DNA from: Rhodospirillaceae bacterium
Lineage (GTDB): Bacteria > Pseudomonadota > Gammaproteobacteria > Steroidobacterales > Rariloculaceae
Direction of reading: 5' to 3'
NCBI GenBank assembly: GCA_024640685.1
Contig: JAHEEN010000001.1
Span: 16,418 to 80,417, forward strand
DNA: 64,000 nucleotides
Shown: one piece after another, positions 17,421-26,082 of the stretch
How positions within the stretch are numbered: the first letter of the stretch is position 1
How the letters are laid out: the number at the start of each line of letters is the position of its first letter
The notes under the pieces: model-generated
The model's input: only the letters and a program-made list of their open reading frames with translations
Told to the model about the DNA's origin: nothing
Databases searched by the model: none
Position numbers and translations under genes: made by a program

Positions 17421-19484
17421 GTGAGATTCATCGTACCCGGGCTCGCGAGTTGCTTGGCAGCTCATGCGTTCGCCCAGGCACCGACGCTCGAGGAGATCGT
17501 CGTCACCGCGGATTTCCGCCAGCAGGCAGCCGCAGCCCTTGCGACGAGCGTCACGGTGCTCGACGCGGCGACGCTGGAGGACACGGGCGTGCAGCATTTC
17601 GAGGACGTGTTGCTGCGTGTGCCTAACCTCAACTGGTCCGGCGAGACCTCGCGACCGCGGTTCTTGCAGGTCCGCGGCATCGGTGAGCGCGAGCAATACC
17701 AGGGAGCGCCGAATCCGTCGGTCGGCTTCATCGTCGACGGCATCGATTTCAGCGGCATCGGCATGGTCGCGACGCTGTTCGACGTCGAGCAGATCGAGGT
17801 GCTGCGCGGTCCGCAGGGAACGCGCTACGGCGCCAATGCGCTTGCCGGTCTCGTCAACGTCACGACGCGTGCGCCGAGCGACGAGTTCGAGATGCGCGCC
17901 AAGATCGATATCGGCTCGGACAATCTCGTCGGCGGCGGCGTCGCGTTCGGCGGACCACTGGGTGACAGCGATGCGCGCTATCGCGTCGTCGTGCAGAACC
18001 TCGAGAGCGACGGCTTCCGCGACAACGCGTTCTCCGGACGCAGCGATACGAACGGCCGTGACGAGTTGACGACGCGCGCGCGGCTCAGCTGGCCGGTCGG
18101 CGAGTCACTAGCGTTCGATCTGACGGCAATGCACGTCGATCTCGCTAATGGTTACGACGCGTGGGCCAATGACAACGGCTTCGTGACGCGCACCGACGAT
18201 CCGGGTCGGGATTCGCAGCGCTCCGACGCGATTGCGCTGCGCACGCAATGGACCGGCGGGTCGATCGCGGATCTGGTTAGCGTGACGACGTACGCCGATT
18301 CGGACATTGTCGTCAGCTTCGATGGCGATTGGGGCAACGACGCATTCTGGGGAGTGCCGTACGACTTCACGTCGGCGACCGACCGCAAGCGACGTACGTG
18401 GTCGCAAGAGCTGCGATTGCTGTCACGGCCCGGCGCGGAGCTTTTCTCCGGGTCGACGAGCTGGTTGGCTGGGCTCTACTGGCTGTCGCTCGAGGAAAGT
18501 AACGGCGTGCTCGAGCTTTTCAACGGTGATGTTTTTCGTGACCTGTCGTCGCGTTTCGGGGCCGACAACATCGCCGTGTTCGGTCAATTCGATACGGAGC
18601 TCGATTCCGGCTTTACGCTGTCCTATGGGCTGCGCATCGAGCGCCGGGATGCAGACTATGCCGACTCCGATGCGGTTGCGTTCGCGCCGACGGAGACGAT
18701 GACCGGCGGTCATCTGTCGTTGACGCGGGAGCTGCGCGACGGGCTCACGTGGTATGGCTCGCTCGTGCGTGGGTACAAAGCCGGCGGCTTCAACATCGGC
18801 CCGAGCATTCCTAGCGAGCGCCGCGAGTTTGACATGGAGTCGCTGTGGAGCGTAGAGACCGGCGTCAAGGGCGCATGGCTGGCGGGTCGGCTCAGCGGCT
18901 CGCTGGGCGTGTTCTACTCCGAGCGCCGTGATCAGCAGGTCAGCACGTCGCTACAGCTCGATCCTGCCGATCCGTTGAGCTTTGTGTTTTTCACCGACAA
19001 CGCCGCGCAGGGTTACAACTACGGCGTCGAGGCCGAGGGCGTTTGGCAACTGGGTCGGCTCTGGACGCTCGACGGCAGTGTCGGCCTACTGCGCACGAAC
19101 TACGATCAGTTCAACTCGCAGACGGTCGCATTGGCCGGGCGCGAGCAAGCGCATGCGCCGAGCTATCAATTTTCGATCGGCGCAACGTATCGTGCGACTA
19201 GCGGATTTTACGCGCGCGCGGATATTCAAGGCCGCGATGCGTTCTTCTTCGATGACAGTCACAATGAGCGCTCCGAGGCGTACGAGCTCGTCCATCTGCG
19301 CGTCGGCTACGAGCTCGAAGATTGGGAGTGGTCGATCTGGGTTCGAAATATCTTCGATGAGACGTATGCGGTGCGTGGCTTTTTCTTCGCGAACGACCCG
19401 AACGATCCTTTGTTCCTGCCGCAGCTGTTCACGCGGGCGGGCGATCCTCGCCAAGCCGGGCTGACGACGACGTTTAAGTTTTGA
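17421..19484 (+). CDS. TonB-dependent outer-membrane receptor (riboswitch-controlled, candidate thiamin/precursor receptor)
   Basis: The GTG start sits behind GAGGAG. It has a signal peptide, a TonB-box-like EEIVVTA, plug motifs (IEVLRGPQGTRYGANALAGLVNV) and a C-terminal beta-barrel ending TTTFKF. Confidence 0.9.
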   Translation: MRFIVPGLASCLAAHAFAQAPTLEEIVVTADFRQQAAAALATSVTVLDAATLEDTGVQHFEDVLLRVPNLNWSGETSRPRFLQVRGIGEREQYQGAPNPSVGFIVDGIDFSGIGMVATLFDVEQIEVLRGPQGTRYGANALAGLVNVTTRAPSDEFEMRAKIDIGSDNLVGGGVAFGGPLGDSDARYRVVVQNLESDGFRDNAFSGRSDTNGRDELTTRARLSWPVGESLAFDLTAMHVDLANGYDAWANDNGFVTRTDDPGRDSQRSDAIALRTQWTGGSIADLVSVTTYADSDIVVSFDGDWGNDAFWGVPYDFTSATDRKRRTWSQELRLLSRPGAELFSGSTSWLAGLYWLSLEESNGVLELFNGDVFRDLSSRFGADNIAVFGQFDTELDSGFTLSYGLRIERRDADYADSDAVAFAPTETMTGGHLSLTRELRDGLTWYGSLVRGYKAGGFNIGPSIPSERREFDMESLWSVETGVKGAWLAGRLSGSLGVFYSERRDQQVSTSLQLDPADPLSFVFFTDNAAQGYNYGVEAEGVWQLGRLWTLDGSVGLLRTNYDQFNSQTVALAGREQAHAPSYQFSIGATYRATSGFYARADIQGRDAFFFDDSHNERSEAYELVHLRVGYELEDWEWSIWVRNIFDETYAVRGFFFANDPNDPLFLPQLFTRAGDPRQAGLTTTFKF

Positions 19485-19492
19485 GGTAACCG

Positions 19493-19762
19493 ATGCGCAT
19501 CACGGCCGAGCTCAGCTTATATCCGCTCAGCGACGATCCGATTCCGAAGATCGTGACGTTCATCGAGTCGTTGGTTGCCGGTCGCGACGTCGAGCTCGTC
19601 GTCAATCAAATGAGCACGCAACTTCGTGGCGAGCTGGATGTCGTCGTTGCCTGCGTCAATGATGCACTGCACCAGTCGTTTGCGGCCGGTGGCTCGCAGG
19701 TCTTGGTCGCAAAATTCTTGAACGCCGACCTGCCGATCGCGGATCCTCCGGATCTCGGTTAG
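19493..19762 (+). CDS. YkoF/MTH1187-like thiamin-binding family protein (single domain)
   Basis: 89 aa. MRITAELSLYPLSDDP...QMSTQLRGELDVVVACVNDA has the family-typical N-terminal aEls-yPl pattern. It starts 8 nt after the receptor stop. Confidence 0.7.
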   Translation: MRITAELSLYPLSDDPIPKIVTFIESLVAGRDVELVVNQMSTQLRGELDVVVACVNDALHQSFAAGGSQVLVAKFLNADLPIADPPDLG

Positions 19763-20355
19763 TGGCCGAAGTTCTGACGGAGCTGCAAAACGTTTCGATA
19801 GCCGAAGCGTGCGCGGTTGCGCTCGCGGTCGCGTATCTGATTCTTGCGATACGCCAGAACGTGCTGTGCTGGCTCGCCGCTTTCGTGAGCTCGTTGATCT
19901 ACCTGACTGTGTTCTATACGGCGCAGCTCTATATGGAGTCGGCGCTACAGATTTTCTATGCGGCGATGGCCGCCTACGGCTATTGGCAATGGACGCGTGG
20001 CGGCACGGACGCTAGCGGCCTGCGCATCACGATCTGGTCGCTGCGGCAGCACGCGAATGCGCTCACGTTGATCTTAACGGCGAGCCTTTCGTTTGGGTAT
20101 TTGATGAGTCGCACCGACGCGGCATTTCCGTATGTCGATTCATTCACGACCGTTGCGGCAATCGTCACGACGTATATGGTTGCGCTCAAGGTGCTCGAGA
20201 ACTGGTTGTATTGGTTTGTCATCGACAGCGTATCGGTTTATGTCTACCTAGAGCGAGGGCTCACGCTGACGGCGCTGCTGTTCGTCGTGTATCTCGTATT
20301 GATTGTCATTGGCTGGCGCCGCTGGTGGATCGACTGGCGTGCGTCGGGTGTATGA
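19762..20355 (+). CDS. pnuC: PnuC-family transporter (candidate thiamin transporter PnuT)
   Basis: 197 aa with about 7 hydrophobic spans and the PnuC-type motif IFYAAMAAYGYWQW. The GTG start overlaps the upstream stop (TAGTG). Confidence 0.85.
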   Translation: MAEVLTELQNVSIAEACAVALAVAYLILAIRQNVLCWLAAFVSSLIYLTVFYTAQLYMESALQIFYAAMAAYGYWQWTRGGTDASGLRITIWSLRQHANALTLILTASLSFGYLMSRTDAAFPYVDSFTTVAAIVTTYMVALKVLENWLYWFVIDSVSVYVYLERGLTLTALLFVVYLVLIVIGWRRWWIDWRASGV

Positions 20356-21179
20356 ACGAGGCTCGATACAAGCAGCTAGAGGCGGCGTTCGGCTCGGGCA
20401 TCGACCGCATCGAGCCGCTCAGCGGTGGCCTGCTCGGGCGTAGCTTTCGCGTCGTCGCCGGCGACATCGACGCCGCCGTGCGGCTGCCGGGCCAGCACGG
20501 CGCTCGTCAGAGCGTTGCGTCCGAGCTCGCGATTCTCGAAGCTGCGGCAGCTGCCGGCATTGCGCCAATGCCGATTGCGCTTCCTGCCGAGTACGGCATC
20601 GTCGCAACGCGGTTTCGTCCGTCGGCACGGCCGTGGTCGCCACACGATGCCCGTAAGACGGAAAATATCGATCGCTTATGCGATCGGTTGCGGCGACTGC
20701 ACGCACTCGATATCACGCTCGAACCGCTTAAGTTCGTCGATGTGGCCGAGCATTACGCAGCGCGTGCAACGGATCGCTGCGCTTTGTCCGACGAGCAACT
20801 GGCTTGGCGGGACGATCTGCTCGCGCTCGCGCAGACGTTCGTCGACCTGCATGAGCCTAGCGCGCCGTGTCACAACGACTTGGTTGCGAGCAACGTGATC
20901 GATGACGGCGCTGTGTGGCTCATCGATTTCGAGTTTGCTGTCCGGGGCGATCCGGTCCTGGACCTCGCTAGTCTCGCGGCCTTCAACGACTTCGATTGCG
21001 GCGCGCGCGCGCGCCTGTTAACTGCGTATTATCAGTCTAGCGGACCGCCATTCGACGCGACGCACTTCGGTCAGGTCATCCGCCTGCAACGATTGCTCGC
21101 GTATTTCTGGTGTCTCGCCGAATCGCTCTCACCGCCCGCCCGGGCTTTTGCTGACGGGCTGGCCGCGGTGCTAAGGTAG
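20352..21179 (+). CDS. APH/choline-kinase-fold phosphotransferase (candidate thiamin kinase)
   Basis: MNEARYKQLE... with the Brenner motif CHNDLVASNVI and WLIDFEFA. It has an ATGA overlap with pnuC. The internal ATG of track ORF 20211..21179 is used. Confidence 0.75.
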   Translation: MNEARYKQLEAAFGSGIDRIEPLSGGLLGRSFRVVAGDIDAAVRLPGQHGARQSVASELAILEAAAAAGIAPMPIALPAEYGIVATRFRPSARPWSPHDARKTENIDRLCDRLRRLHALDITLEPLKFVDVAEHYAARATDRCALSDEQLAWRDDLLALAQTFVDLHEPSAPCHNDLVASNVIDDGAVWLIDFEFAVRGDPVLDLASLAAFNDFDCGARARLLTAYYQSSGPPFDATHFGQVIRLQRLLAYFWCLAESLSPPARAFADGLAAVLR

Positions 21180-21224
21180 CGCCGTCATTTTTCGAGCGGT
21201 TTTTCTCCGCGCAGGACGATCCCA

Positions 21225-22094
21225 GTGCAAAACGTCGCTTTTCTCGGTTTGGGTGTCATGGGGTATCCGATGGCCGGCTGGCTCAGTCAAGGCGGCTATC
21301 GCGTCACGGTATACAACCGCACGGCCGAGAAAGCCGAGCGCTGGGCGAAGCAATATCAAGGCCGCTGTGCCGCGACTCCTGCAGAGGCCGTCGAAGATGC
21401 TGCGGCTGTGTTTACGTGCCTCGGCGACGATCCCGACGTTCGCGCGGTCGTGCTCGCCGACGGCGGCGTGCTGGATGCAATGTCGTCCGGCAGCCTGTTC
21501 GTCGACCATACGACGGCGTCAGCCGGACTCGCGCGCGAAATCGCCGCGGCCGGTGACGCGCGCGGCATCGTCTGTCTCGATGCGCCGATATCGGGTGGTC
21601 AGGCCGGCGCCGAGAATGGCGTGCTGACGGTGATGGTCGGCGGCACCGAGGACGGCTTCGCGCGCGCCGAGCCGATGATCGATTGCTATGCGAAGACTCA
21701 GCGGCTCATCGGCCCGTCCGGAAGCGGTCAGCTGACGAAGATGTGCAATCAAATCGCAATCGCCGGCGTCGTCCAAGGCCTGGCCGAAGCGATCAACTTC
21801 GGGCAGCGCGCCGGGCTCGACATCGCGACGGTTATCGAGGTCATCTCGAAAGGTGCCGCGCAGTCGTGGCAGATGGAGAATCGCTGGGGCACGATGATCG
21901 AGGACGAATTCGACTTCGGCTTCGCGGTCGAATGGATGCGCAAGGATCTGCGCATCTGTCTCGACGAGGCGCGGCGCAACGGGGCCGAGCTGCCGGTCGC
22001 GGCCCTCGTCGATCAGTTCTATGCCGACGTCGTCGGTATGGGCGGCAAGCGCTGGGATACGTCGAGCCTGTTAGCGCGCCTCAACCGCAGTTGA
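21225..22094 (+). CDS. NAD(P)-dependent beta-hydroxyacid (3-hydroxyisobutyrate) dehydrogenase family oxidoreductase
   Basis: 289 aa with the Rossmann motif VAFLGLGVMGYPMAGWL, plus DAPISGG and GSGQLTKMCNQ blocks. Confidence 0.85.
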   Translation: MQNVAFLGLGVMGYPMAGWLSQGGYRVTVYNRTAEKAERWAKQYQGRCAATPAEAVEDAAAVFTCLGDDPDVRAVVLADGGVLDAMSSGSLFVDHTTASAGLAREIAAAGDARGIVCLDAPISGGQAGAENGVLTVMVGGTEDGFARAEPMIDCYAKTQRLIGPSGSGQLTKMCNQIAIAGVVQGLAEAINFGQRAGLDIATVIEVISKGAAQSWQMENRWGTMIEDEFDFGFAVEWMRKDLRICLDEARRNGAELPVAALVDQFYADVVGMGGKRWDTSSLLARLNRS

Positions 22095-22103
22095 CGGCGA
22101 CGC

Positions 22104-22976
22104 ATGCAGGCGTTGCTCGCTGATCTACTGACGCTGCTCGAGCTCGAGCGCATCGAGGACAACATCTTTCGTGGCGAGAGCCGCGATATCGGCAGCAAGC
22201 GTGTGTTCGGCGGCCAGGTCCTAGGACAGGCGCTGTCCGCAGCGAGCTATACGGTTGACGGACGCCAGGCGCATTCGCTGCATGCCTATTTTCTGCGCGC
22301 AGGCGACGTTGGCGCACCGATCGTTTACGAAGTCGACCGTGCCCGCGACGGCCGTAGCTTCAGTAGTCGCCGTGTTGTCGCGATACAGCATGGTCGGCCG
22401 ATCTTCAATCTCGCTGCGTCGTTCCAGGTGCCCGAGGACGGGCTCGAGCATCAAGACACGATGCCCGACGTGCCAGGCCCCGAGGGTCTCAAGGATTTAC
22501 GCGAACTGACCGGCGAGCGTGCGGGGACGATTCCCGAGGGCGTGCGGCGTTTTTTGACGCGCGAGCGGCCGTTCGAGATGCGCCCGGTCAAAGGCGTGGA
22601 CTTGCTCGCGCCGGCGCCGCGCGTGCCCGAGCGCTATCTGTGGCTCAAGACGGTCGATAGGCTGCCCGACAATCCCGATCTGCACCGCAACCTGTTGGCG
22701 TATGCGTCCGACTATCAGCTGCTCGGCACGGCGACGCTGCCGCACGGCATCCATTGGGAGCACGGCAACGTGCAGATGGCGAGCCTCGATCATGCGATGT
22801 GGTTTCACCGTCCGTTTCGAATCGACGAGTGGTTGCTGTACGCGATGACGAGCCCCAACGCGTCGGGGTCGCGGGGCCTCGCGTTCGGGCAGTTCTTCAC
22901 GGCCGACGGCAAGCTCGTCGCATCCGCCAATCAAGAAGGGTTGATCCGGATCTGGGAGCAGTCCGTAACAGACTGA
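22104..22976 (+). CDS. tesB: acyl-CoA thioesterase II
   Basis: 290 aa. LLELERIEDNIFRGESRDIGSKRVFGGQVLGQAL...HSLHAYFLRAGD...SLDHAMWFHRPF indicates the TesB double hot-dog fold. Confidence 0.9.
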   Translation: MQALLADLLTLLELERIEDNIFRGESRDIGSKRVFGGQVLGQALSAASYTVDGRQAHSLHAYFLRAGDVGAPIVYEVDRARDGRSFSSRRVVAIQHGRPIFNLAASFQVPEDGLEHQDTMPDVPGPEGLKDLRELTGERAGTIPEGVRRFLTRERPFEMRPVKGVDLLAPAPRVPERYLWLKTVDRLPDNPDLHRNLLAYASDYQLLGTATLPHGIHWEHGNVQMASLDHAMWFHRPFRIDEWLLYAMTSPNASGSRGLAFGQFFTADGKLVASANQEGLIRIWEQSVTD

Positions 22977-23344
22977 TTGCCGGTCACTCGGCGTGGTTGT
23001 CGGGCAGTGCGGCGCCCGGCACGTTCGCAGGCGTCGTGCGTTATTTGCGGCGGCGTCGCCGCTCCTCGCTATCGGAAGGGGGCTCGGCGAGTTCCTCGAC
23101 CGCGTCGGCGGCAGCGGCGCGCAGGTCTTCCTTGGCTGTCGCGCGCTCCTTGCGGTCCGTATGGCGGTGGGACTTCCTGCGCAAGTCCGGCAGCTTGGGC
23201 GTTATCTCGCTACTTTAGCGGATCAGTCGGTGTTTCCGCTGCTGCCGATTTCACGTATGCGTCAGTTAGAATCGTGCCATGAGTGCATGCAGACACCCCG
23301 GCGCGCCAATCCGATTTGGTCGCGCCGTGTGCCGTGTGGTCGCA

Positions 23345-23980
23345 ATGGCGCGTTGTGCCTTCCAGTTAATGCTGCTGGGCTTTGCGTTCGCCGCCACGGC
23401 GCAGGAGCCACCGGATCTCACGGGCGTTTGGCTCGCGACGTCACCGCGCAGCGGCGGCGGCGAGCCGATGCCGGCGCTGACGGCACGCGCACAGGCCGAT
23501 CTAGACAATTTCGATCCGTTGAGCGACCCGGTGATCCGCTGCGTGCCGCCCGGATTTCCGCGCTCGGGGCCGATCATCTATCCGATGCAGATCGTGCAGA
23601 CTGATGCGTTGATCCTGTTTCTGTATGAAACGTTCGGCATGATTCGGCGGGTTTACATGGGCGGCCGCACGATGCCTGAGTATTGGCCGCCGTCGCTGAT
23701 GGGGTTCTCGGTCGGTCGTTTCGAAGGCGACGAGCTCGTCATCGAGACGACGAACTACGCACCCGGCATACTCGTCGGCCGCGGCATCTTGCAGTACGGT
23801 GACCTGTCCGTCGTCGAGCGTTATCGGCTCATCGATGACGGTGCGGGACTCGAAGGCGACGTCCATATCACTGCGCCGCAAACGTTCGAGGCAACGTGGC
23901 GCCGACAGTACACGTGGGAGCTCGACCCCGACGGCATGATTTTCGAGTCGATCTGCGATCCCGAGGACAGCCGGTTCTAA
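23345..23980 (+). CDS. secreted hypothetical protein (partner of the DUF6152-like gene)
   Basis: The internal ATG gives signal peptide MARCAFQLMLLGFAFAATAQ. EPPDLTGVWLA, DPVIRCVPPGFPR, GFSVGRFEGDELVIETT and VVERYRL follow. No catalytic motif is recognised. Only 5 nt separate it from the next gene. Confidence 0.65.
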   Translation: MARCAFQLMLLGFAFAATAQEPPDLTGVWLATSPRSGGGEPMPALTARAQADLDNFDPLSDPVIRCVPPGFPRSGPIIYPMQIVQTDALILFLYETFGMIRRVYMGGRTMPEYWPPSLMGFSVGRFEGDELVIETTNYAPGILVGRGILQYGDLSVVERYRLIDDGAGLEGDVHITAPQTFEATWRRQYTWELDPDGMIFESICDPEDSRF

Positions 23981-23985
23981 ACAGG

Positions 23986-24363
23986 ATGACGATACCCACC
24001 CGCCTAACTGCGAGCATTGCGACGATCACGCTCTACGCAGCGAGTGCCACGGCGCACCATTCGTTCGTCGCGTTGTTCGATCCGTCGCGGGAGATCGAGG
24101 TCGCTGGTGTCGTGACCGAGTTCCAGTTCATCGCGCCGCATGCGTACATACGCATCGACGCCACCGATGATAGTGGCGCCGTGCAGCAATGGGAGCTCGA
24201 GACGACGTCGCCCGGTCAGCTGATCCGCGCAGGTTTGACGCCCGACGTTCTGTTGCCGGGCGATCGGATCGAAGCCGTCGGCAATCCGACGCGCGACGGC
24301 CGTCCCCTAATGCGGCTATTGACGATTACGCTACCGAGCGGCGAAACGAAGCAGATTCAATAG
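23986..24363 (+). CDS. small secreted DUF6152-like protein (paralog 2, divergent)
   Basis: MTIPTRLTASIATITLYAASATA then HHSFVALFDPSREIEVAGVVTEFQFIAPHAYI...WELE...LPGDRIEAVGNPTRDG. The internal ATG of track ORF 23896..24363 is used. Confidence 0.75.
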   Translation: MTIPTRLTASIATITLYAASATAHHSFVALFDPSREIEVAGVVTEFQFIAPHAYIRIDATDDSGAVQQWELETTSPGQLIRAGLTPDVLLPGDRIEAVGNPTRDGRPLMRLLTITLPSGETKQIQ

Positions 24364-24400
24364 GCGGCTCGCAACCGCGGGCACTTGCGCAAACAAGAGC

Positions 24401-25954
24401 CTACGGGCTCCATGAGGCCGCAACGGCTCGCAGCCCTGTCGCGTCGATGACCGGTGCTGCGGCTTCGGATGACAGAAACGCGAGCAAGCGCTCGGCCTCG
24501 TCGTCGTTGGCAGCATTCGTCATGATGCCGGCTGAGAAAAACGCGGTCTCCTGAAGCTCATCCGGGATTAAGCCGACGAGATCGGCGCCTTCCACCGGCA
24601 GGATCGCGCTGACCTGCTGAAAGCCGATATCCGCGTCGCCGCGCACGACGGCCGTAGCCACACGCTCGCCGACGACGCGCACGGTTTTGGGCTCAATCTG
24701 ATCCCAGACGCCGAGGCTAGGGAATACCTCGGTCGACAGGCGCGTGCCGCTGACGCTTGCCGAGTATGCGACCGAGTCTGCCGCGAGCAGTGTCTCGATC
24801 AGCGCGTCCCGCGTCGAGATGTCGGGATGCGGCGTTCCGCTGCGCACGGCCATGCCGATCAGCGAGCGGCCGAGATCGACGCGCGTTTCCGCGCGCACGA
24901 GACCGTCGTCGGTGAACCCGTCGAGCGGCGGGCGGTTCAGGATCAGCATGTCGAAGCGCTCGCCGCGGGCTAGCCTGACCGGGATCGACTGCGGCCCACC
25001 GCCCATCGACGAGCCGTACTCCGTGACGACCTCGACGCCCGTCGCCTGCTGATAGAGTGGCCCGAGCGTATCGAACGCAGCCGTGAAGCCGCCCGACGTG
25101 ATCACGTGCACGCGCCGATCGCTCAGCGTTGCGGCCGAGCCCCTGACAAGCGGCTGCAGGCCCGTAGCCTCGACGATGCCGGCGGCTGCCGGCGACGAAA
25201 GGAATGCGAGCAACGCCTCGGCGCCGGCAACGTTCTCGGCGCGCTCCGGCAGCACGGCCAGGAACGTCGATCGTTGTTGGATCTCCTCAGGGATCGTGTC
25301 GACGAAATCCGCACCGTCGATCGACAGAATCTCGCTGACGGCTTGAAAACCGATCTCGACGTCGCCGCGCGCGACCGCGCTCGCGACGCGCTCAGTGACG
25401 ATGCGATGAATTTTCGGCTCGAGTTCCTCCCAAATATCGAGTTCCGGAAAGACGACTGTCGATAGATACGTGCCGCTGACGCTCGCCGAATAGCCGATCG
25501 ACTCCGCCGCTTGCAGCGCGGCGATGAACGCATCCATCGTGCTGATGTCGGGTTTCGGCGCGCCGGATCTGACCGACATGCCGACGACCGAGTCGCCGAG
25601 ATCGACGCGCGTCTCGGCTCGCAAGTAACCCGCCTCTCGCAGAGTTTCGAATGCCTGATCGTTGAAGATCAGCAAGTCGGCCGGCTCGCCGTCGGCGAGC
25701 CGCACGGGCATCGACGTCGCGCTGACGCCCATCGACGAGCCGTGCGAGATTTCGATTTCTACGCCCGTTGCCTGCTCGTATATGGGCGCAAGGATGTCGA
25801 GCGCTGCCGAGAACCCCCCCGACGTGACGACTTTGATCGATGTCGGCTGCGGTCGTGCAGCGCTCGTTGCGGGCGCTTCAGGCGCCTGGCTCTCGCAGGC
25901 GACAACTGCAAGTGTTGCGAGCAGCGCGGTCAGTGCTCGTTGAGCTACATTCAT
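24401..25954 (-). CDS. tandem-duplicated ModA-like (molybdate/tungstate-type) periplasmic binding lipoprotein
   Basis: MNVAQRALTALLATLAVVAC provides a lipobox. Two ~235-aa repeats follow that are about half identical by eye (IKVVTSGGFSAALDILAPIYEQATGVEIEISHGSSMG... versus VHVITSGGFTAAFDTLGPLYQQATGVEVVTEYGSSMG...). No ABC permease or ATPase is nearby. Confidence 0.8.
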   Translation of the reverse strand: MNVAQRALTALLATLAVVACESQAPEAPATSAARPQPTSIKVVTSGGFSAALDILAPIYEQATGVEIEISHGSSMGVSATSMPVRLADGEPADLLIFNDQAFETLREAGYLRAETRVDLGDSVVGMSVRSGAPKPDISTMDAFIAALQAAESIGYSASVSGTYLSTVVFPELDIWEELEPKIHRIVTERVASAVARGDVEIGFQAVSEILSIDGADFVDTIPEEIQQRSTFLAVLPERAENVAGAEALLAFLSSPAAAGIVEATGLQPLVRGSAATLSDRRVHVITSGGFTAAFDTLGPLYQQATGVEVVTEYGSSMGGGPQSIPVRLARGERFDMLILNRPPLDGFTDDGLVRAETRVDLGRSLIGMAVRSGTPHPDISTRDALIETLLAADSVAYSASVSGTRLSTEVFPSLGVWDQIEPKTVRVVGERVATAVVRGDADIGFQQVSAILPVEGADLVGLIPDELQETAFFSAGIMTNAANDDEAERLLAFLSSEAAAPVIDATGLRAVAASWSP

Positions 25955-26082
25955 CGGAAATCGGTTCGGGCACATCGTGGGTTCCTCGGACATCTCGTTT
26001 GTTGTTGTGCTGCTCTTTTTCGGATCGGCGCGCGCGGCGGGACCCGATTGCGCGCTAGGCGTGTCGACACGCGCTGCGGCCG

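Noticed and set aside
23041-23215. Small highly charged ORF on the minus strand (about 47 aa, ...RRKSHRHTDRKERATAKEDLRAAAADAVEELAEPPSDSEERRRRRK)
   Set aside because: It has no ATG or GTG, only a possible TTG/CTG start. It has no SD I can see, is below the track length threshold and has no recognisable family. It cannot be supported from sequence alone.
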